A stretch of DNA of 10,461 nt, taken from the IMG/VR virus record IMGVR_UViG_2657245081_000002; one strand, given 5' to 3'. Origin of the DNA: a virus (lineage: Duplodnaviria; Heunggongvirae; Uroviricota; Caudoviricetes). Position numbers and translations under genes: made by a program. This document shows positions 1-7,081 of the stretch, one piece after another. Numbering within the stretch: position 1 is the stretch's first letter; every line of letters starts with the position of its first letter. Under the pieces are notes generated by a model. That model ran no database searches. It was not told the origin of the DNA and saw nothing but the letters and a program-made list of their open reading frames with translations.

Positions 1-17
1 CTATAATNNNNNNNNNN

Positions 18-201
18 CGATGTTGGTATTCCCCTCACTGTCCAGCACCGGCGTACTGTTCAGCAGTACGCTTTTTAATCCATCCACCGGACCTTCAATC
101 GGCCCTTCACTGATGGCGTCTATCACGCTCAGCATCTGGGATGATTTCAGGTTGTCCTTCGCTTCGCGCGGGGTATGCCCCTTACTGCTGCCTTTACCCA
201 T
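18..201 (-). CDS. J: Host specificity / tail tip protein J, N-terminal fragment (start codon 199-201; truncated by N-run at 8-17)
   Basis: Translation MGKGSSKGHTPREAKDNLKSSQMLSVIDAISEGPIEGPVDGLKSVLLNSTPVLD matches the lambda gpJ N-terminus as recalled. It sits 60 bp downstream (on the minus strand) of the I stop, the same spacing as in lambda. Confidence 0.85.
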
Positions 202-261
202 TCCTCACGCTCCATAAACGACAAAACCGCCCGCAGGCGGTTTCACATAAAATGTTTTGCA

Positions 262-871
262 TCAGCGACCAATCACCACAACCTGACCACCATCCCCTTC
301 GTCTGCCGTGCTGATCTCCTGAGAGACCACCCGCGACCCCACGCGCATTTCACCGTACAGAACGGGCAGAACATTGCCCTGGGCAACCATGTTATCCAGT
401 GACGAGAAATAGGTGTTCTGTTTGCCGTTATCTGTACTTGCTGCCGTGGGCGTCCTGGCTTTCGGTGCCAGCATCTGCGCCACTCCGCCCAGGATCATAC
501 TGGCCCCTGCCGCATACATGCCCGATACAGCCGCGGCACCCAGCCAGCCCACAGGGTTCCACCATGCCACCGCAATCAGCGCCGCCCCCAGCACCACCTG
601 AAACACACCGCCACTTTTAGCTCCCGCCAGACGCGGCACGATGTGGATCACGGCACCATTTGCCAGCGGCTCATTAAGACGGGCAGACAATTCGGTTTCA
701 CCTGCATCACGCCCGGCAATGCGTACCTGGTACCAGCCGTCGCTCAGTTTCTGACGAAACGCCGGGTTCTGCATGGCCAGCGCCCGGATGGCTTCGGACC
801 CCGTTTTCACTCGAAGGTCGATGCGGCGGCCAAATCGTTGTAAATCCCCGTAAAGGCAGATGCGTGCCATG
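262..871 (-). CDS. I: Tail assembly protein I (stop at 262-264; N-terminus probably lost in the N-run at 872-881)
   Basis: 202-aa translation MARICLYGDLQRFGRRIDLRVKTG...GKQNTYFSSLDNMVAQGNVLPVLYGEMRVGSRVVSQEISTADEGDGGQVVVIGR matches lambda gpI over most of its length, including the conserved C-terminus. Confidence 0.85.
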
Positions 872-881
872 NNNNNNNNNN

Positions 882-1221
882 CCCCGCCACCATCCCGCCG
901 GGCGTGTCCATATCGAGCAGAATGCCGTCCACCATCGGATCGCTGGCAGCCTGTTGCAGACGGGCGATAATGCCGTTGTAACCGGTCATCCCCGAGTACG
1001 GCTGCAGCGCCCGCGTCCGGCTGACCAGCGTGCCGGACACCGGCAGCACGGCGATGCCGTTCATGACCTGATAACTGCGGGCCTGTCGTGGTCCGTCATC
1101 ATCACCGGATAACGCCAGCGCCGCGGGTGCCTCTCCGGCAGTCAGGCTGTCGCCGGATACTGCATCCGTCAGGCGGCTGATCCCAAGCTGGCCTGCAAGC
1201 GCACAAAAGAAAACCCGCGCA
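882..1221 (-). CDS. C: Prohead protease / scaffold protein C (S49 peptidase family), internal fragment
   Basis: Minus-strand translation ARVFFCALAGQLGISRLTDAVSGDSLTA...LSGDDDGPRQARSYQVMNGIAVLPVSGTLVSRTRALQPYSGMTGYNGIIARLQQAASDPMVDGILLDMDTPGGMVAG matches the N-terminal region of lambda gpC. Both ends are cut by N-runs. Confidence 0.8.
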
Positions 1222-1231
1222 NNNNNNNNNN

Positions 1232-1340
1232 TGCCAGCGTCGCGAGTGCCTCCTGGGCAGTCAGGCTGTCGCCGGACACCGCATCCGTCAGGCGGCTGAT
1301 CCCAAGCTGGCCTGCAAGCGCACAAAAGAAAACCCGCGCA
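1232..1340 (-). CDS. C: Second, variant copy of the same C-gene segment (short fragment)
   Basis: Minus-strand translation ARVFFCALAGQLGISRLTDAVSGDSLTAQEALATLA. The last 81 nt (1260-1340) are nearly identical to 1141-1221 (2 mismatches by eye) and the sequence diverges upstream of that. Confidence 0.7.
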
Positions 1341-1350
1341 NNNNNNNNNN

Positions 1351-1600
1351 AGGCGTGGCTTACAGCCGTGTGTCGACTTTTTCCGGGGATTATCTCCGCG
1401 TAACTGACAACAAGGGAAAAACGCACGACGTGCTGACCGGAAGTGATGACGCTCGCCACAGTAACACCTCTCTGGCGTGGGGAGCTGGCGTGCAGTTTAA
1501 CCCGACCGAATCCGTGGCCGTTGATGTCGCTTATGAAGGCTCCGGCAGTGGCAACTGGCGCACTGACGGGTTCATCGTGGGTGTCGGTTATAAGTTCTGA
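1351..1600 (+). CDS. lom: Lom/Ail/PagC-family outer-membrane protein, C-terminal fragment (stop 1598-1600)
   Basis: Translation ...YSRVSTFSGDYLRVTDNKGKTHDVLTGSDDARHSNTSLAWGAGVQFNPTESVAVDVAYEGSGSGNWRTDGFIVGVGYKF ends in the family's terminal aromatic beta-strand and matches lambda Lom with a few substitutions. Confidence 0.85.
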
Positions 1601-1626
1601 TTAGCCAGGTAATACAGTGTTATGAC

Positions 1627-1653
1627 AGCCCGCCGGTTCAGGCGGGCTTTTTT
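1627..1653 (+). terminator. Rho-independent terminator downstream of lom
   Basis: GC-rich inverted repeat agcccgcc / ggcgggct around a short loop, followed by a run of six T (1648-1653). Confidence 0.7.
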
Positions 1654-1664
1654 GTGGGGTGAAT

Positions 1665-1673
1665 ATGGCAGTA
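1665..1673 (+). CDS. stf: First three codons (MAV) of side tail fibre gene stf, cut by N-run
   Basis: ATG at 1665 follows gtggggtgaat, the same context as the stf start at 8796 on the minus strand in the second lom-stf copy. Confidence 0.5.
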
Positions 1674-1957
1674 NNNNNNNNNNAAATCCAGATTAAACAT
1701 CTCATTGCTGATGCTTGATATTGAGCATCTGGCGCGCAGTAAGGGGCTGCGTTGAGATAAGAGCCAGTTCATTACAAATACCAGGATTTAGCCTCGCATT
1801 CGCGGGGCTTTTTATATCTGAATTTCACAGCGCATCTCACGCGCATATTAACGAGAGCCTTTCAGTAAGCGAGCCTGAGAAATGCCGTTATAGGTGGCGA
1901 CCTCTCTCGGGCGGCTTTTCTGTGAGACAGGCTCACTTTCTAAAAGGTAAAGACGCT

Positions 1958-2482
1958 ATGAATAATCATTCAGTTATTCCAGCCTTCGACTTCCGAGAAA
2001 TGGTGCAAGCCAAAAACGGAGAGGTCGTTACCACATCCAGAAAAATTGCCAAGTACTTCGGCAAGCGACACAGTGATGTTCTCAGGAAAATCGAGCAGGT
2101 TAAGGCTGATTGCTCGCGTGAGTTTAGCCAACGCAATTTTGCGTCGGCTGATTATATCGATGAGCAGGGCAAGGTTCGCCCGATGTACAGCCTGACGAAA
2201 GATGGCTGGATCATGGTTGTGATGGGGTTCACCGGGAAAGCTGCTGCGGCAATCAAGGAGAGCTATATCGCAGCATTCAACTGGATGGCAGAACAACTGA
2301 GCCGCCGCATGGCAATTGGCGAAGAAATGCAGCACCGCTACGCCATCAAAGAAACACGCTCAAAGCTGAAAGGTACGATCGGCAGTCGGTTAATGAACGA
2401 ACGGAAGAAAGAGAAGCGTGTCCTGGCTGTCGAGCATGAATACATCTTGCAGGTGACACAGCCTGAACTGCTGATTAATTGA
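1958..2482 (+). CDS. Phage regulatory protein, Rha family (pRha-domain, antirepressor-like)
   Basis: ATG at 1958 preceded by aaaagg-taaaga, a Shine-Dalgarno-like stretch. Translation MNNHSVIPAFDFREMVQAKNGEVVTTSRKIAKYFGKRHSDVLRKIEQV... has the pRha N-terminal signature (TTS..IA..FGKRH..VLR.I). The listed ORF begins at 1715, but the upstream 81 codons have no ribosome-binding site and look non-coding. Confidence 0.6.
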   Translation: MNNHSVIPAFDFREMVQAKNGEVVTTSRKIAKYFGKRHSDVLRKIEQVKADCSREFSQRNFASADYIDEQGKVRPMYSLTKDGWIMVVMGFTGKAAAAIKESYIAAFNWMAEQLSRRMAIGEEMQHRYAIKETRSKLKGTIGSRLMNERKKEKRVLAVEHEYILQVTQPELLIN

Positions 2483-2784
2483 AGATGTCATTACAAAGCC
2501 TATCTACGGGGGGCTTGATAATGGCTTATACCCTGCACGGGATAACTTAACTGATATCCCTTTTAACGGATAAAGGTATTCAAGCCTGACACATCATGCG
2601 CTGTATCGTCGCCGTATTCCCGCATTAACCATGACCGTAGCCCGACGGGGAATTCCTTCTGCGTGAGTGTGCGGGAATAATCAAAAACGATGCACACCGG
2701 GTTATTAACGCGTCAACTGAACGCGGGGTTGCTCTTCATGTCAGCCAGTCCGGTGCAGGGGTAGAAGAAACCGGACGTTATGGT

Positions 2785-3195
2785 TTAGTGTGGAAACATT
2801 TGTGATGTGCTCTGTATGTTTTCAGTAAAGAGTAATGAATTATCAAAGGTATAGTAATATCTTTTTTGTTCGTGGATATTTGTAACCCACCGGAAAACTC
2901 CTGCTTTAGCAAGATTTTCCCTGTATTGCTGAAATGTGATTTCTCTTGATTTCAACCTATCATAGGACGTTTCTATAAGATGCGTGTTTCTTGAGAATTT
3001 AACATTTACAACCTTTTTAAGTCCTTTTATTAACACAGTGTTATCGTTTTCTAACACGATGTGAATATTATCTGTGGCTAGATAGTAAATATAATGTGAG
3101 ACGTTGTGACGTTTTAGTTCAGAATAAAACAATTCACAGTTTAAATCTTTTCGCACTTTATCGAATATTTGTTTAAAAATGGCAACCTGAGCCAT
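2785..3195 (-). CDS. AT-rich prophage cargo ORF, tentatively DUF1398 family (YbcV/YdfO-like)
   Basis: 136 codons from the ATG at 3195, which is preceded by gaagg. The alternative upstream ATG at 3210 would add 5 codons. Visibly lower GC than neighbours. Two-repeat architecture with F..Y...L...GV..Y motifs, e.g. [28 protein letters not shown]. Position just upstream of cos mirrors ybcV next to nohD in DLP12. Family call is from memory and tentative. Confidence 0.4.
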   Translation of the reverse strand: MAQVAIFKQIFDKVRKDLNCELFYSELKRHNVSHYIYYLATDNIHIVLENDNTVLIKGLKKVVNVKFSRNTHLIETSYDRLKSREITFQQYRENLAKAGVFRWVTNIHEQKRYYYTFDNSLLFTENIQSTSQMFPH

Positions 3196-3251
3196 TGTAG
3201 TACCTTCCATGTGATATGAGGGGCGTAGTCTGCACGATTATCTAAATTGCT

Positions 3252-3485
3252 TCAATCTGGTCTGATCTGTTTTCTGAGCAATTCAGTAATGTCACTCTTT
3301 TCTTTGTTTGCTTCAGGAGAAACTCTTTTTTCTGAGCACAGTCTCCGGCGGCAGGCTTCAATGACCCAGGCTGAGAAATTCCCGGACCCTTTTTGATCAA
3401 GAGCGATGTTAATTTGTTCAATCATTTGGTTAGGAAAGCGGATGTTGCGGGTTGTTGTTCTGCGGGTTCTGTTCTTCGTTGACAT
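3252..3485 (-). CDS. Small basic protein, possible ribbon-helix-helix DNA-binding protein
   Basis: 77-aa ORF. The N-terminus is Arg/Thr-rich, followed by NIRFPNQMIEQINIALDQKGSGNFSAWVIEACRRRL, which resembles a strand-helix-helix (CopG/Arc-like) pattern. No strong ribosome-binding site. Function inferred from the motif only. Confidence 0.35.
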   Translation of the reverse strand: MSTKNRTRRTTTRNIRFPNQMIEQINIALDQKGSGNFSAWVIEACRRRLCSEKRVSPEANKEKSDITELLRKQIRPD

Positions 3486-3639
3486 GAGGTTGTCCCGTAT
3501 TCAGTGTCGCTGATTTGTATTGTCTGAAGTTGTTTTTACGTTAAGTTGATGCAGATCAATTAATACGATATCTGCGTCATAATTGATTATTTGACGTGGT
3601 TTGATTGCGTAGATGCACGTTGTGACATGCAGATGATAA

Positions 3640-3873
3640 TTATTATCATTTTGCGGGTCCTTTCCGGCGATCCGACAGGTTACGGGGCGGCGACCTCGCG
3701 GGTTTTCGCTATTTATGAAAATTTTCCGGTTTAAGGCATTTCCGTTCTTCTTCGTCGTAACTTAATGTTTTTATTTAAAATACCCCCTGAAAAGAAAGGA
3801 AACGACAGGTGCTGAAAACGAGCTTTTGGGCCTCTGTCGTTTCCTTTCTCTGTTTTTGGCCGTGGAATGAACA
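3640..3873. other. cos: Lambda-type cos site: cosQ, cosN (12-nt cohesive-end sequence gggcggcgacct at 3685-3696) and cosB
   Basis: 3541-3873 is near-identical to the joined right and left ends of lambda as recalled (...ccgacaggttacg | gggcggcgacctcgcgggttttcgctatttatgaaaattttccggtttaagg...), and the Nu1 start follows at 3874. Confidence 0.85.
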
Positions 3874-3919
3874 ATGGAAGTCAACAAAAAGCAGCTGGCT
3901 GACATTTTCGGTGCGAGTA
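3874..3919 (+). CDS. nu1: Terminase small subunit Nu1, first 15 codons (cut by N-run)
   Basis: MEVNKKQLADIFGAS is the lambda Nu1 N-terminus, in the expected position relative to cosB. Confidence 0.85.
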
Positions 3920-3929
3920 NNNNNNNNNN

Positions 3930-4494
3930 TCTGCGGCGGGAAGGGCAGATCACCGGTATACAGGTGCCGGAAATTATTCTACTCAACTCTCACGATGGAA
4001 CCAGTTCGTATCAGATGTTGCCGGGACTATTTCGTGCGGTTTGTCAGAACGGGCTCGTCTGCGGTGAGTCGTTTGGCGAGGTGCGGGTGCCACACAAGGG
4101 GGACGTGGTGAGTCAGGTGATTGAAGGCGCGTATGAGGTGCTGGGGATTTTTGACCGGGTGGAGGAGAAACGGGATGCCATGCAGTCGTTGCTGTTGCCA
4201 CCCCCGGCACAGCAGGCACTGGCAAAAGCCGCCCTCACATACCGCTTTGGTGAAGACCACCAGCCGGTGACTGAATCGCAGATCCTCTCCCCTCGCCGCT
4301 GGCAGGATGAGAGCAATGACCTGTGGACCACGTACCAGCGGATTCAGGAAAACCTGATTAAGGGCGGACTCAGCGGGCGTAATGTTAAAGGCGAACGAAC
4401 GCATACTCGTGCCGTGCGTGGCATTGACGGGGACGTGAAGCTTAACCGTGCGCTGTGGGTGATGGCTGAAACACTGCTCACACAACTGCATTAG
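3930..4494 (+). CDS. UPF0380/DUF932-family protein (YfjQ/YafZ-like) of a CP4-type integrated element, C-terminal fragment (stop 4492-4494)
   Basis: Translation ...ILLNSHDGTSSYQMLPGLFRAVCQNGLVCGESFGEVRVPHKGDVVSQVIEGAYEVLGIFDRVEEKRDAMQSLLL...NRALWVMAETLLTQLH resembles this family as recalled. It is not part of Nu1; the apparent in-frame fusion across 3920-3929 is an artefact of the N-run. Confidence 0.65.
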
Positions 4495-4709
4495 ACGTTT
4501 TATGTTGCCACATTGTTATTATCGGACACCACCTGTCCGAATTGCTACGTGCTCGTGTGCCTCAATCTCCCGGTAATAGCCTGTAACCCCCGTTACATCT
4601 GGCTTTTGCAGAAATAAAAAATAGTTTCTGCGTTGTCCATACCCTGTCCGCCCCCTGTTTAAAGTAATCACATCATTTTCAGTCAGTTAACTTTCCTGGA
4701 GAACCTCTC

Positions 4710-5050
4710 ATGACACAGGCAGAACGCCGCCATGACCGGCTGGCTGTCAGGCTGTCACTGATAATCAGCCGTCTGGTTGCGGGTGAAACGTTGAGCGTGC
4801 GCAAACTGGCGGCTGAGTTTGGCGTGTCGGTGCGCACGCTGCGGCGTGATTTTCGTGAGCGGCTGATGTATCTGGACCTGGAGTATCAGTCCGGATATTG
4901 CCGCTTACGCACAGCGGGCAGTGAGACGCAGATGGTGCCCGACGTGCTTATCTTTGCCCATCGCAGCGGGATGGCCGGTCTTTTTCCTGGCTTTGACCGC
5001 CGTCTGGTGAACGCACTGCTGATGTGCGATGAGTCTCCCTGCGTTATAGC
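4710..5050 (+). CDS. HTH transcriptional regulator (YfjR-like, DeoR/HTH_11-type), N-terminal fragment
   Basis: ATG at 4710 preceded by ggagaacc. Translation [52 protein letters not shown]... shows a helix-turn-helix of the S.RTL.RD type. Same orientation and adjacency as yfjQ-yfjR in CP4-57. Confidence 0.55.
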
Positions 5051-5060
5051 NNNNNNNNNN

Positions 5061-5164
5061 CTTATCGTTGGCGTCCTTCCACTCTTTCGAAAACTCATCC
5101 AGTTTGCTGGCGTTATCCTCCGTCAGGTCGACTTTTTCCAGCAGCTCCTTGCCGAGATGGGATT
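5061..5164 (-). CDS. J: Tail tip protein J, short fragment from the C-terminal third
   Basis: Reverse-complement translation [34 protein letters not shown] matches lambda gpJ ...[35 protein letters not shown] as recalled. Confidence 0.7.
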
Positions 5165-5175
5165 NNNNNNNNNNA

Positions 5176-5238
5176 GCACCGATCCTGGCGGGGATTATTA
5201 CCGCAGCGATTGTCAGCTGGTGGCGTAACCGGAAGTAA
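5176..5238 (+). CDS. C-terminal 20 codons of an unidentified protein with a hydrophobic tail then basic end (stop 5236-5238)
   Basis: In-frame translation APILAGIITAAIVSWWRNRK then stop. The pattern looks like a membrane anchor, but the family is not recognised and the fragment is too short to call. Confidence 0.25.
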   Translation, partial: APILAGIITAAIVSWWRNRK

Positions 5239-5341
5239 GGTGAAAACGGGCGTCAGGCTGCCGTGATGGCAATATNNNNNNNNNNATTGATATGGCTTTA
5301 GTAGCGGTATCAATATCAGCAGTAGAATAAGTTTTCCCGAT

Positions 5342-5418
5342 GCATCCGTAGCTCAGCTGGATAGAGTACTCGGCTACGAACCGAGCGGTCGGAGGTTCGA
5401 ATCCTCCCGGATGCACCA
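5342..5418 (+). tRNA. tRNA-Arg (anticodon ACG), copy 1
   Basis: 77-nt sequence gcatccgtagctcagctggatagagtactcggctACGaaccgagcggtcggaggttcgaatcctcccggatgcacca is the E. coli argQ/Z/Y/V-type tRNA with encoded CCA. Confidence 0.95.
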
Positions 5419-5480
5419 TCTCTTACTTGATATGGCTTTAGTAGCGGTATCAATATCAGCAGTAAAATAAATTTCCCGAT

Positions 5481-5557
5481 GCATCCGTAGCTCAGCTGGA
5501 TAGAGTACTCGGCTACGAACCGAGCGGTCGGAGGTTCGAATCCTCCCGGATGCACCA
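5481..5557 (+). tRNA. tRNA-Arg (anticodon ACG), copy 2
   Basis: Identical 77-nt tRNA sequence, 62 nt after copy 1. Confidence 0.95.
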
Positions 5558-5691
5558 TATTCTACGTACTTTCAGCGATGAAGGTATGGAAGAGGTGGCG
5601 GTAATAACCGCAGGCACCAGGGAGGATAACGTTGCTTTAGCAACGGCCCGAAGGGCGAGCCGCAAGGCGAGTAATCCTCCCGGATGCACCA
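5558..5691 (+). repeat. Inter-tRNA spacer element ending in a copy of the last 19 nt of tRNA-Arg (aatcctcccggatgcacca, 5673-5691)
   Basis: About 115 nt of non-tRNA sequence containing ggataacgttgctttagcaacggcccgaagggcgagccgcaaggcgagt, fused to an exact copy of the tRNA T-stem and acceptor 3' strand plus CCA. It is followed by the same 62-64-nt leader that precedes every tRNA copy. Confidence 0.8.
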
Positions 5692-5755
5692 TCTCTTACT
5701 TGATACGGCTTTAGTAGCGGTATCAAAAAATCTGCAGTAAAGTAAGTTTCCCGAT

Positions 5756-5832
5756 GCATCCGTAGCTCAGCTGGATAGAGTACTCGGCTACGAACCGAGC
5801 GGTCGGAGGTTCGAATCCTCCCGGATGCACCA
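5756..5832 (+). tRNA. tRNA-Arg (anticodon ACG), copy 3
   Basis: Identical 77-nt tRNA sequence. Start-to-start spacing from copy 2 is 275 nt, which matches my recollection of the chromosomal arg tRNA cluster. Confidence 0.95.
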
Positions 5833-5960
5833 TATTCTCCGAAATCTTCAGCAATGAAGGTATCGAAGAGGTAGCGGAATTAACCGCAGGCACTAGGGAT
5901 GATAACGTTGCTTTAGCAACGGCCCGAAGGGCGAGCCGCAAGGCGAGTAATCCTCCCGGA
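5833..5960 (+). repeat. Second copy of the spacer element (about 90% identical by eye to 5558-5691), cut inside the tRNA 3'-end copy by the N-run
   Basis: tattctccgaaatcttcagcaatgaaggtatcgaagaggtagcgg...ggataacgttgctttagcaacggcccgaagggcgagccgcaaggcgagtaatcctcccgga aligns with 5558-5685, with scattered substitutions. Confidence 0.8.
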
Positions 5961-5970
5961 NNNNNNNNNN

Positions 5971-6255
5971 TGACGCTCACCGGTCAGCCGGCCTTTCTCA
6001 TCATATCCGTAATACACCGCCACCCGGTGCCCTTCGCTGATATGGCTGGTGTCTGTCAGCCAGCCGCGTTCGTCATACCGCCACCGCTCTGCGGTTTCGC
6101 CATTCACGGTGCGGTGCGTGAGGCGGTCTGCTTCGTCATAGTGCCAGTGGGTGACCAGCCCCTCATCCTCGCTGCGGATAAGTTTGCCGGTCAGATCGTG
6201 GTGATAACGCTGTGTGCGGCCGTCAAAGCCGGTTTCCTGTATCAGCCGGTCGAGT
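5971..6255 (-). CDS. Rhs family protein, YD-repeat core fragment
   Basis: Minus-strand translation LDRLIQETGFDGRTQRYHHDLTGKLIRSEDEGLVTHWHYDEADRLTHRTVNGETAERWRYDERGWLTDTSHISEGHRVAVYYGYDEKGRLTGE shows repeated YD/RYD motifs and matches the RhsA core region as recalled. Confidence 0.8.
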
Positions 6256-6265
6256 NNNNNNNNNN

Positions 6266-6527
6266 CGTGGGGAATCTCTACCGGCTGATGCGCGGCTATG
6301 CCACCGGTGGTTATGTCGGTACACCGGGCAGTCTGGCTGACAGCCGGTCGCAGGTGTCCGGGACGTTTGAGCAGAATAACCATGTGGTGATTAACAACGA
6401 CGGCACGAACGGGCAGATAGGTCCGGCTGCTCTGAAGGCGGTGTATGACATGGCCCGCAAGGGTGCCCGTGATGAAATTCAGACACAGATGCGTGATGGT
6501 GGCCTGTTCTCCGGAGGTGGACGATGA
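6266..6527 (+). CDS. H: Tail tape measure protein H, C-terminal fragment (stop 6525-6527)
   Basis: Translation ...GGYVGTPGSLADSRSQVSGTFEQNNHVVINNDGTNGQIGPAALKAVYDMARKGARDEIQTQMRDGGLFSGGGR matches the lambda gpH C-terminus. The stop overlaps the M start as ATGA. Confidence 0.85.
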
Positions 6528-6633
6528 AAACCTTCCGCTGGAAAGTGAAACCCGGTATGGATGTGGCTTCGGCCCCTTCTGTAAGAAAGGTGCGCTTTGG
6601 TGATGGCTATTCCCAGCGAGCGCCTGCCGGGCT
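6524..6633 (+). CDS. M: Minor tail protein M, N-terminal fragment
   Basis: MKTFRWKVKPGMDVASAPSVRKVRFGDGYSQRAPAG matches the lambda gpM N-terminus. The start overlaps the H stop at 6524-6527, the arrangement used for translational coupling. Confidence 0.85.
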
Positions 6634-6643
6634 NNNNNNNNNN

Positions 6644-6974
6644 GGCATTTGCCGCCCGGACTGTCAGCCTGTAGTTTCCCAGCGCCAGCTGCGTGAAGCG
6701 GTATGTGGTTTCCGTCGTCCGGGCCGTGCTGACCAGCCGCTCACTGCCGTCATCCGCTGCCACGGTCAGGCGAAGCAGGAAACTCACGCCCTTCACCACC
6801 TTCGGCGTGTCCCAGCGCGCCAGCACCTGGTATTCCCCGCTGTCTGCGGTGACTTCTGCGGTCAGGTGCTGCACCGCTGGCGGCGTGACACCGTTTACCG
6901 TTCCGCTCTGGTCGCCGTCAAAGTGCGCCCCGTTATCCACGATGGCTTCTTTCTCCGGTACATGCTGCACGGCA
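6644..6974 (-). CDS. J: Tail tip protein J, internal fragment
   Basis: Minus-strand translation AVQHVPEKEAIVDNGAHFDGDQSGTVNGVTPPAVQHLTAEVTADSGEYQVLARWDTPKVVKGVSFLLRLTVAADDGSERLVSTARTTETTYRFTQLALGNYRLTVRAANA matches the central region of lambda gpJ. Confidence 0.85.
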
Positions 6975-7044
6975 NNNNNNNNNNAAAATAAAATAGAGAG
7001 AGTTTTCAATCCGCATGACTTTAAAAAAGACAATTTTTAGAAAT

Positions 7045-7076
7045 AAGCCGGATAAAAAAATAGCTTTATCCGGCAC
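7045..7076 (-). terminator. Probable rho-independent terminator after corA
   Basis: Inverted repeat gccggataaa...tttatccggc. On the minus strand it is followed by T-rich sequence immediately downstream of the corA stop. Confidence 0.5.
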
Positions 7077-7081
7077 TCATA

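Noticed and set aside
807-1459. Long minus-strand ORFs 807-1325 and 1169-1459 that combine C-like sequence with other residues
   Set aside because: Both cross N-runs (872-881, 1222-1231, 1341-1350). Only the within-block portions matching gpC are real; the remainder is out-of-frame read-through of neighbouring blocks.
1715-1957. N-terminal 81-codon extension of the Rha-family ORF as listed in the ORF track
   Set aside because: It has no ribosome-binding site and unconserved sequence. The ATG at 1958 has a Shine-Dalgarno-like stretch and begins the pRha-like domain.
3771-4111. ORFs 3771-3986 (minus) and 3809-4111 (plus) over the cos region
   Set aside because: They overlap cosB and the Nu1 start and cross the N-run. 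The region is explained by the packaging site and Nu1.
3874-4494. 206-aa ORF reading from the Nu1 start into a DUF932-like domain, which looks like a novel fusion protein
   Set aside because: It spans the 10-N run at 3920-3929 (XXXX in the translation). The Nu1 N-terminus and the DUF932 C-terminus come from unrelated elements, and frame continuity across an arbitrary spacer is coincidence.
5286-5960. Regular direct repeats with intervening sequence, considered as a possible CRISPR array
   Set aside because: The repeat units are full tRNA-Arg genes and conserved leaders, with periods of 139 and 275 nt. There is no short palindromic repeat with unique spacers.
5213-5980. Three minus-strand ORFs all beginning [29 protein letters not shown], superficially a repeated protein family
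   Set aside because: They are antisense translations of the three identical tRNA-Arg genes and their spacers, so they are not coding.
6479-7040. ORFs 6479-7033 (minus), 6524-6991 (plus) and 6693-7040 (plus) suggesting a 155-184-aa protein
   Set aside because: They cross the N-runs at 6634-6643 and 6975-6984. The real content is the M N-terminus (plus strand) and a J internal fragment (minus strand) in separate blocks.
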